The notes under the pieces are model-generated. The model did no database searches. It was not told where the DNA came from and was given only the letters and a program-made list of their open reading frames with translations. From NCBI GenBank assembly GCA_964016885.1, contig OZ024759.1, positions 5,828,001-5,892,000 of the forward strand: 64,000 nucleotides of DNA, given 5' to 3'. The position numbers and the translations under genes are program-made. Source of the DNA: Eledone cirrhosa. Taxonomy: Eukaryota. Of this stretch, positions 1-10,719 are shown piece by piece; the stretch's first letter is position 1; each line of letters opens with the position of its first letter.

Positions 1-1719
1 TTCATGGTATTAGCTGTCAGAAGTAACTCCACTGTTGGTGAGAATTCATTTAAGTTCATGGTATTAGCTGTCAGAAGGAACTCCAATGTTGGTGAGAATT
101 CATTTAAGTCATGGTACTAGCTGTCAGAAGTAACTCCACTGTTGGTGAGAATTCATTTAAGTTCATGGTATTAGCTGGCAGAAGGAACGCCACTGTTGGT
201 GAGAATTCATTTAAGTTCATGGTATTAGCTGTTAGAAGTAACTCCACTGTTGGTGAGAATTCATTTAAGTTCATGGAACTAGCTGTCAGAAGTAACTCCA
301 ATGTTGGTGAGAATTCATTTAAGTTCATGGTATTAGCTGTCAGAAGTAACTCCACTGTTGGTGAGAATTCATTTAAGTCATGGTATTAGCTGTCAGAAGT
401 AACTCCATTGTTGGTGAGAATTCATTTAAGCCATGGTACTAGCTGTCAGAAGTAACTCCACTGTTGGTGAGAATTCATTTAAGTTCATGGTATTAGCTGT
501 CAGAAGTAACTCCACTGTTGGTGAGAATTCATTTAAGTTCATGGTACTAGCTGTCAGAAGTAACTCCACTGTTGGTGAGAATTCATTTAAGTTCATGGTA
601 CTAGCTGTCAGAAGGAACTCCACTGTTGGTGAGAATTCATTTAAGTTAATGGTATTAGCTGTCAGAAGTAACTCCAATGTTGGTGAGAATTCATTTAAGT
701 CATGGTACTAGCTGTCAGAAGTAACTCCACTGTTGGTGAGAATTCATTTAAGTTCATGGTATTAGCTGTCAGAAGGAACTCCACTGTTGGTGAGAATTCA
801 TTTAAGTTCATGGTATTAGCTGTCAGAAGTAACTCCACTGTTGGTGAGAATTCATTTAAGTTCATGGTACTAGCTGTCAGAAGTAACTCCAATGTTGGTG
901 AGAATTCATTTAAGTTCATGGTATTAGCTGTCAGAAGTAACTCCAATGTTGGTGAGAATTCATTTAAGTTCATGGTATTAGCTGTCAGAAGTAACTCCAC
1001 TATTGGTGAGAATTCATTTAAGTTCATGGTACTAGCTGTCAGAAGTAACTCCACTGTTGGTGAGAATTCATTTAAGTTCATGGTACTAGCTGTCAGAAGT
1101 AACCCCAATGTTGGTGAGAATTCATTTAAGTTCATGGTATTAGCTGTCAGAAGTCACTCCAATGTTGGTGAGAATTCATTTAAGTTCATGGTATTAGCTG
1201 TCAGAAGTAACTCCACTGTTGGTGAGAATTCATTTAAGTTCATGATATTAGCTGTCAGAAGTAACTCCACAGTTGGTGAGAATTCATTTAAGTTCATGGT
1301 TTTAGCTGTCAGAAGTAACTCCACTGTTGGTGAGAATTCATTTAAGTTCATGGTATTAGCTGTCAGAAGTAACTCCACTGTTGGTGAGAATTCATTTAAG
1401 TTCATGGTACTAGCTGTCAGAAGTAACTCCAATGTTGGTGAGAATTCATTTAAGTTCATGGTATTAGCTGTCAGAAGTAACTCCACTGTTGGTGAGAATT
1501 CATTTAAGTTCATGGTATTAGCTGTCAGAAGTAACTCCACTGTTGGTGAGAATTCATTTAAGTTCATGGTATTAGCTGTCAGAAGTAACTCCACTGTTGG
1601 TGAGAATTCATTTAAGTTCATGGTACTAGCTGTCAGAAGTAACTCCAATGTTGGTGAGAATTCATTTAAGTTCATGGTATTAGCTGTCAGAAGTAACTCC
1701 ACTGTTGGTGAGAATTCAT

Positions 1720-4700
1720 TTAAGTCATGGTATTAGCTGTCAGAAGTAACTCCAATGTTGGTGAGAATTCATTTAAGTTCATGGTATTAGCTGTCAGAAG
1801 GAACTCCACTGTTGGTGAGAATTCATTTAAGTTCATGGTATTAGCTGTCAGAAGTAACTCCACTGTTGGTGAGAATTCATTTAAGTTCATGGTACTAGCT
1901 GTCAGAAGTAACTCCAATGTTGGTGAGAATTCATTTAAGTTCATGGTATTAGCTGTCAGAAGTAACTCCACTGTTGGTGGGAATTCATTTAAGTCATGGT
2001 ATTAGTTGTCAGAAGTAACTCCAATGTTGGTGAGAATTCATTTAAGTTCATGGTACTAGCTGTCAGAAGTAACTCCACTGTTGGTGAGAATTCATTTAAG
2101 TTCATGGTATTAGCTGTCAGAAGTAACTCCACCGTTGGTGAGAATTCATTTAAGTCATGGTATTAGCTGTCAGAAGTAACTCCACTGTTGGTGAGAATTC
2201 ATTTAAGTTCATGGTATTAGCTGTCAGAAGTAACTCCACTGTTGGTGAGAATTCATTTAAGTTCATGGTATTAGCTGTCAGAAGTAACTCCACTGTTGGT
2301 GAGAATTCATTTAAGTTCATGGTACTAGCTGTCAGAAGTAACTCCAATGTTGGTGAGAATTCATTTAAGTTCATGGTATTAGCTGTCAGAAGTAACTCCA
2401 CTGTTGGTGAGAATTCATTTAAGTTCATGGTATTAGCTGTCAGAAGTAACTCCACTGTTGGTGAGAATTCATTTAAGTTCATGGTACTAGCTGTCAGAAG
2501 TAACTCCACTGTTGGTGAGAATTCATTTAAGTTCATGGTACTAGCTGTCAGAAGTAACCCCAATGTTGGTGAGAATTCATTTAAGTTCATGGTATTAGCT
2601 GTCAGAAGTCACTCCAATGTTGGTGAGAATTCATTTAAGTTCATGGTATTAGCTGTCAGAAGTAACTCCACTGTTGGTGAGAATTCATTTAAGTTCATGG
2701 TATTAGCTGTCAGAAGTAACTCCACTGTTGGTGAGAATTCATTTAAGTTCATGGTATTAGCTGTCAGAAGTAACTGCACTGTTGGTGAGAATTCATTTAA
2801 GTTCATGGTATTAGCTGTCAGAAGTAACTCCACTGTTGGTGAGAATTCATTTAAGTTCATGGTACTAGCTGTCAGAAGTAACTCCAATGTTGGTGAGAAT
2901 TCATTTAAGTTCATGGTATTAGCTGTCAGAAGTAACTCCACTGTTGGTGAGAATTCATTTAAGTCATGGTATTAGCTGTCAGAAGTAACTCCAATGTTGG
3001 TGAGAATTCATTTAAGTTCATGGTATTAGCTGTCAGAAGGAACTCCACTGTTGGTGAGAATTCATTTAAGTTCATGGTATTAGCTGTCAGAAGTAACTCC
3101 ACTGTTGGTGAGAATTCATTTAAGTTCATGGTACTAGCTGTCAGAAGTAACTCCAATGTTGGTGAGAATTCATTTAAGTTCATGGTATTAGCTGTCAGAA
3201 GTAACTCCACTGTTGGTGAGAATTCATTTAAGTCATGGTATTAGTTGTCAGAAGTAACTCCAATGTTGGTGAGAATTTATTTAAGTTCATGGTACTAGCT
3301 GTCAGAAGTAACTCCACTGTTGGTGAGAATTCATTTAAGTTCATGGTATTAGCTGTCAGAAGTAACTCCACCGTTGGTGAGAATTCATTTAAGTCATGGT
3401 ATTAGCTGTCAGAAGTAACTCCACTGTTGGTGAGAATTCATTTAAGTTCATGGTATTAGCTGTCAGAAGTAACTCCACTGTTGGTGAGAATTCATTTAAG
3501 TTCATGGTACTAGCTGTCAGAAGTAACTCCACTGTTGGTGAGAATTCATTTAAGTTCATGGTATTAGTTTGTCAGAAGTAACTCCACAGTTGGTGAGAAT
3601 TCATTTAAGTCATGGTATTAGTTGTCAGAAGTAACTCCAATGTTGGTGAGAATTCATTTAAGTTCATGGTATTAGCTGTCAGAAGTAACTCCACTGTTGG
3701 TGAGAATTCATTTAAGTTCATGGTATTAGCTGTCAGAAGGAACTCCAATGTTGGTGAGAATTCATTTAAGTCATGGTACTAGCTGTCAGAAGTAACTCCA
3801 CTGTTGGTGAGAATTCATTTAAGTTCATGGTATTAGCTGTCAGAAGTAACTCCACTGTTGGTGAGAATTCATTTAAGTTCATGGTACTAGCTGTCAGAAG
3901 TAACTCCACTGTTGGTGAGAATTCATTTAAGTTCATGGTATTAGTTTGTCAGAAGTAACTCCACAGTTGGTGAGAATTCATTTAAGTCATGGTATTAGTT
4001 GTCAGAAGTAACTCCAATGTTGGTGAGAATTCATTTAAGTTCATGGTATTAGCTGTCAGAAGTAACTCCACTGTTGGTGAGAATTCATTTAAGTTCATGG
4101 TACTAGCTGTCAGAAGTAACTCCACCGTTGGTGAGAATTCATTTAAGTCATGGTATTAGCTGTCAGAAGTAACTCCACTGTTGGTGAGAATTCATTTAAG
4201 TTCATGGTATTAGCTGTCAGAAGGAACTCCAATGTTGGTGACAATTCATTTAAGTCATGGTACTAGCTGTCAGAAGTAACTCCACTGTTGGTGAGAATTC
4301 ATTTAAGTTCATGGTATTAGCTGTCAGAAGTAACTCCACTGTTGGTGAGAATTCATTTAAGTTCATGGTACTAGCTGTCAGAAGTAACTCCACTGTTGGT
4401 GAGAATTCATTTAAGTTCATGGTATTAGTTTGTCAGAAGTAACTCCACAGTTGGTGAGAATTCATTTAAGTCATGGTATTAGTTGTCAGAAGTAACTCCA
4501 ATGTTGGTGAGAATTCATTTAAGTTCATGGTATTAGCTGTCAGAAGTAACTCCACTGTTGGTGAGAATTCATTTAAGTTCATGGTACTAGCTGTCAGAAG
4601 GAACTCCACTGTTGGTGAGAATTCATTTAAGTTAATGGTATTAGCTGTCAGAAGTAACTCCAATGTTGGTGAGAATTCATTTAAGTCATGGTACTAGCTG

Positions 4701-7070
4701 TCAGAAGTAACTCCACTGTTGGTGAGAATTCATTTAAGTTCATGGTATTAGCTGTCAGAAGTAACTCCACTGTTGGTGAGAATTCATTTAAGTCATGGTA
4801 TTAGCTGTCAGAAGTAACTCCAATGTTGGTGAGAATTCATTTAAGTTCATGGTATTAGCTGTCAGAAGGAACTCCACTGTTGGTGAGAATTCATTTAAGT
4901 TCATGGTATTAGCTGTCAGAAGTAACTCCACTGTTGGTGAGAATTCATTTAAGTTCATGGTACTAGCTGTCAGAAGTAACTCCAATGTTGGTGAGAATTC
5001 ATTTAAGTTCATGGTATTAGCTGTCAGAAGTAACTCCACTGTTGGTGAGAATTCATTTAAGTCATGGTATTAGTTGTCAGAAGTAACTCCAATGTTGGTG
5101 AGAATTCATTTAAGTTCATGGTACTAGCTGTCAGAAGTAACTCCACTGTTGGTGAGAATTCATTTAAGTTCATGGTATTAGCTGTCAGAAGTAACTCCAC
5201 CGTTGGTGAGAATTCATTTAAGTCATGGTATTAGCTGTCAGAAGTAACTCCACTGTTGGTGAGAATTCATTTAAGTTCATGGTATTAGCTGTCAGAAGTA
5301 ACTCCACTGTTGGTGAGAATTCATTTAAGTTCATGGTATTAGCTGTCAGAAGTAACTCCACTGTTGGTGAGAATTCATTTAAGTTCATGGTACTAGCTGT
5401 CAGAAGTAACTCCAATGTTGGTGAGAATTCATTTAAGTTCATGGTATTAGCTGTCAGAAGTAACTCCACTGTTGGTGAGAATTCATTTAAGTTCATGGTA
5501 TTAGCTGTCAGAAGTAACTCCACTGTTGGTGAGAATTCATTTAAGTTCATGGTACTAGCTGTCAGAAGTAACTCCACTGTTGGTGAGAATTCATTTAAGT
5601 TCATGGTACTAGCTGTCAGAAGTAACCCCAATGTTGGTGAGAATTCATTTAAGTTCATGGTATTAGCTGTCAGAAGTCACTCCAATGTTGGTGAGAATTC
5701 ATTTAAGTTCATGGTATTAGCTGTCAGAAGTAACTCCACTGTTGGTGAGAATTCATTTAAGTTCATGGTATTAGCTGTCAGAAGTAACTCCACTGTTGGT
5801 GAGAATTCATTTAAGTTCATGGTATTAGCTGTCAGAAGTAACTGCACTGTTGGTGAGAATTCATTTAAGTTCATGGTATTAGCTGTCAGAAGTAACTCCA
5901 CTGTTGGTGAGAATTCATTTAAGTTCATGGTACTAGCTGTCAGAAGTAACTCCAATGTTGGTGAGAATTCATTTAAGTTCATGGTATTAGCTGTCAGAAG
6001 TAACTCCACTGTTGGTGAGAATTCATTTAAGTCATGGTATTAGCTGTCAGAAGTAACTCCAATGTTGGTGAGAATTCATTTAAGTTCATGGTATTAGCTG
6101 TCAGAAGGAACTCCACTGTTGGTGAGAATTCATTTAAGTTCATGGTATTAGCTGTCAGAAGTAACTCCACTGTTGGTGAGAATTCATTTAAGTTCATGGT
6201 ACTAGCTGTCAGAAGTAACTCCAATGTTGGTGAGAATTCATTTAAGTTCATGGTATTAGCTGTCAGAAGTAACTCCACTGTTGGTGAGAATTCATTTAAG
6301 TCATGGTATTAGTTGTCAGAAGTAACTCCAATGTTGGTGAGAATTCATTTAAGTTCATGGTACTAGCTGTCAGAAGTAACTCCACTGTTGGTGAGAATTC
6401 ATTTAAGTTCATGGTATTAGCTGTCAGAAGTAACTCCACCGTTGGTGAGAATTCATTTAAGTCATGGTATTAGCTGTCAGAAGTAACTCCACTGTTGGTG
6501 AGAATTCATTTAAGTTCATGGTATTAGCTGTCAGAAGTAACTCCACTGTTGGTGAGAATTCATTTAAGTTCATGGTACTAGCTGTCAGAAGTAACTCCAC
6601 TGTTGGTGAGAATTCATTTAAGTTCATGGTATTAGTTTGTCAGAAGTAACTCCACAGTTGGTGAGAATTCATTTAAGTCATGGTATTAGTTGTCAGAAGT
6701 AACTCCAATGTTGGTGAGAATTCATTTAAGTTCATGGTATTAGCTGTCAGAAGTAACTCCACTGTTGGTGAGAATTCATTTAAGTTCATGGTATTAGCTG
6801 TCAGAAGGAACTCCAATGTTGGTGAGAATTCATTTAAGTCATGGTACTAGCTGTCAGAAGTAACTCCACTGTTGGTGAGAATTCATTTAAGTTCATGGTA
6901 TTAGCTGTCAGAAGTAACTCCACTGTTGGTGAGAATTCATTTAAGTTCATGGTACTAGCTGTCAGAAGTAACTCCACTGTTGGTGAGAATTCATTTAAGT
7001 TCATGGTATTAGTTTGTCAGAAGTAACTCCACAGTTGGTGAGAGTTCATTTAAGTCATGGTATTAGTTGT
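1720..7070. repeat. Higher-order block duplication, offset 3068 bp (~57 monomers)
   Basis: The rare variant AACTGCACT has its G at 2776 and 5844. Frameshift-defined ORF starts 1727/2157/2966/3396/3773 recur at 4795/5225/6034/6464/6841 (all +3068). Confidence 0.9.
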
Positions 7071-10000
7071 CAGAAGTAACTCCAATGTTGGTGAGAATTC
7101 ATTTAAGTTCATGGTATTAGCTGTCAGAAGTAACTCCACTGTTGGTGAGAATTCATTTAAGTTCATGGTACTAGCTGTCAGAAGGAACTCCACTGTTGGT
7201 GAGAATTCATTTAAGTTAATGGTATTAGCTGTCAGAAGTAACTCCAATGTTGGTGAGAATTCATTTAAGTCATGGTACTAGCTGTCAGAAGTAACTCCAC
7301 TGTTGGTGAGAATTCATTTAAGTTCATGGTATTAGCTGTCAGAAGGAACTCCACTGTTGGTGAGAATTCATTTAAGTTCATGGTATTAGCTGTCAGAAGT
7401 AACTCCACTGTTGGTGAGAATTCATTTAAGTTCATGGTACTAGCTGTCAGAAGTAACTCCAATGTTGGTGAGAATTCATTTAAGTTCATGGTATTAGCTG
7501 TCAGAAGTAACTCCAATGTTGGTGAGAATTCATTTAAGTTCATGGTATTAGCTGTCAGAAGTAACTCCACTGTTGGTGAGAATTCATTTAAGTTCATGGT
7601 ACTAGCTGTCAGAAGTAACTCCACTGTTGGTGAGAATTCATTTAAGTTCATGGTACTAGCTGTCAGAAGTAACCCCAATGTTGGTGAGAATTCATTTAAG
7701 TTCATGGTATTAGCTGTCAGAAGTCACTCCAATGTTGGTGAGAATTCATTTAAGTTCATGGTATTAGCTGTCAGAAGTAACTCCACTGTTGGTGAGAATT
7801 CATTTAAGTTCATGATATTAGCTGTCAGAAGTAACTCCACTGTTGGTGAGAATTCATTTAAGTTCATGGTATTAGCTGTCAGAAGTAACTCCACTGTTGG
7901 TGAGAATTCATTTAAGTTCATGGTATTAGCTGTCAGAAGTAACTCCACTGTTGGTGAGAATTCATTTAAGTTCATGGTACTAGCTGTCAGAAGTAACTCC
8001 AATGTTGGTGAGAATTCATTTAAGTTCATGGTATTAGCTGTCAGAAGTAACTCCACTGTTGGTGAGAATTCATTTAAGTTCATGGTATTAGCTGTCAGAA
8101 GTAACTCCACTGTTGGTGAGAATTCATTTAAGTTCATGGTACTAGCTGTCAGAAGTAACTCCACTGTTGGTGAGAATTCATTTAAGTTCATGGTACTAGC
8201 TGTCAGAAGTAACCCCAATGTTGGTGAGAATTCATTTAAGTTCATGGTATTAGCTGTCAGAAGTCACTCCAATGTTGGTGAGAATTCATTTAAGTTCATG
8301 GTATTAGCTGTCAGAAGTAACTCCACTGTTGGTGAGAATTCATTTAAGTTCATGGTATTAGCTGTCAGAAGTAACTCCACTGTTGGTGAGAATTCATTTA
8401 AGTTCATGGTATTAGCTGTCAGAAGTAACTCCACTGTTGGTGAGAATTCATTTAAGTTCATGGTATTAGCTGTCAGAAGTAACTCCACTGTTGGTGAGAA
8501 TTCATTTAAGTTCATGGTACTAGCTGTCAGAAGTAACTCCACTGTTGGTGAGAATTCATTTAAGTTCATGGTATTAGCTGTCAGAAGTAACTCCACTGTT
8601 GGTGAGAATTCATTTAAGTTCATGGTACTAGCTGTCAGAAGTAACTCCACTGTTGGTGAGAATTCATTTAAGTTCATGGTATTAGTTTGTCAGAAGTAAC
8701 TCCACAGTTGGTGAGAATTCATTTAAGTCATGGTATTAGTTGTCAGAAGTAACTCCAATGTTGGTGAGAATTCATTTAAGTTCATGGTATTAGCTGTCAG
8801 AAGTAACTCCACTGTTGGTGAGAATTCATTTAAGTTCATGGTACTAGCTGTCAGAAGGAACTCCACTGTTGGTGAGAATTCATTTAAGTTAATGGTATTA
8901 GCTGTCAGAAGTAACTCCAATGTTGGTGAGAATTCATTTAAGTCATGGTACTAGCTGTCAGAAGTAACTCCACTGTTGGTGAGAATTCATTTAAGTTCAT
9001 GGTATTAGCTGTCAGAAGGAACTCCACTGTTGGTGAGAATTCATTTAAGTTCATGGTATTAGCTGTCAGAAGTAACTCCACTGTTGGTGAGAATTCATTT
9101 AAGTTCATGGTACTAGCTGTCAGAAGTAACTCCAATGTTGGTGAGAATTCATTTAAGTTCATGGTATTAGCTGTCAGAAGTAACTCCAATGTTGGTGAGA
9201 ATTCATTTAAGTTCATGGTATTAGCTGTCAGAAGTAACTCCACTGTTGGTGAGAATTCATTTAAGTTCATGGTACTAGCTGTCAGAAGTAACTCCACTGT
9301 TGGTGAGAATTCATTTAAGTTCATGGTACTAGCTGTCAGAAGTAACCCCAATGTTGGTGAGAATTCATTTAAGTTCATGGTATTAGCTGTCAGAAGTCAC
9401 TCCAATGTTGGTGAGAATTCATTTAAGTTCATGGTATTAGCTGTCAGAAGTAACTCCACTGTTGGTGAGAATTCATTTAAGTTCATGATATTAGCTGTCA
9501 GAAGTAACTCCACTGTTGGTGAGAATTCATTTAAGTTCATGGTATTAGCTGTCAGAAGTAACTCCACTGTTGGTGAGAATTCATTTAAGTTCATGGTATT
9601 AGCTGTCAGAAGTAACTCCACTGTTGGTGAGAATTCATTTAAGTTCATGGTACTAGCTGTCAGAAGTAACTCCAATGTTGGTGAGAATTCATTTAAGTTC
9701 ATGGTATTAGCTGTCAGAAGTAACTCCACTGTTGGTGAGAATTCATTTAAGTTCATGGTATTAGCTGTCAGAAGTAACTCCACTGTTGGTGAGAATTCAT
9801 TTAAGTTCATGGTACTAGCTGTCAGAAGTAACTCCACTGTTGGTGAGAATTCATTTAAGTTCATGGTACTAGCTGTCAGAAGTAACCCCAATGTTGGTGA
9901 GAATTCATTTAAGTTCATGGTATTAGCTGTCAGAAGTCACTCCAATGTTGGTGAGAATTCATTTAAGTTCATGGTATTAGCTGTCAGAAGTAACTCCACT

Positions 10001-10190
10001 GTTGGTGAGAATTCATTTAAGTTCATGGTATTAGCTGTCAGAAGTAACTCCACTGTTGGTGAGAATTCATTTAAGTTCATGGTATTAGCTGTCAGAAGTA
10101 ACTCCACTGTTGGTGAGAATTCATTTAAGTTCATGGTATTAGCTGTCAGAAGTAACTCCACTGTTGGTGAGAATTCATTTAAGTTCATGG
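6840..10190. repeat. Tandem block duplication, period 1673 bp (31 monomers), with an internal 540-bp (10-monomer) duplication
   Basis: AGTTTG at 7011/8684 and CATGATATTA at 7811/9484 (+1673). AACCCC at 7671, 8211, 9344 and 9884 (+540 within each copy, +1673 between copies). Confidence 0.9.
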
Positions 10191-10719
10191 TACTAGCTGT
10201 CAGAAGTAACTCCAATGTTGGTGAGAATTCATTTAAGTTCATGGTATTAGCTGTCAGAAGTAACTCCACTGTTGGTGAGAATTCATTTAAGTCATGGTAT
10301 TAGCTGTCAGAAGTAACTCCAATGTTGGTGAGAATTCATTTAAGTTCATGGTATTAGCTGTCAGAAGGAACTCCACTGTTGGTGAGAATTCATTTAAGTT
10401 CATGGTATTAGCTGTCAGAAGTAACTCCACTGTTGGTGAGAATTCATTTAAGTTCATGGTACTAGCTGTCAGAAGTAACTCCAATGTTGGTGAGAATTCA
10501 TTTAAGTTCATGGTATTAGCTGTCAGAAGTAACTCCACTGTTGGTGAGAATTCATTTAAGTCATGGTATTAGTTGTCAGAAGTAACTCCAATGTTGGTGA
10601 GAATTCATTTAAGTTCATGGTACTAGCTGTCAGAAGTAACTCCACTGTTGGTGAGAATTCATTTAAGTTCATGGTATTAGCTGTCAGAAGTAACTCCACC
10701 GTTGGTGAGAATTCATTTA

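Noticed and set aside
27-47. Hairpin or dyad around CCA-CTGT-TGG and the short palindromes GAATTC, AGCT, CATG, TTAA
   Set aside because: Stems are only 3-4 bp and 4-6-bp palindromes are expected by chance. This does not support a structured RNA, terminator or cruciform.
1-54. Assignment to a specific published ~50-55-bp satellite family (fish, hagfish or insect)
   Set aside because: Similar monomer length alone is not evidence and I cannot verify sequence identity without a database search.
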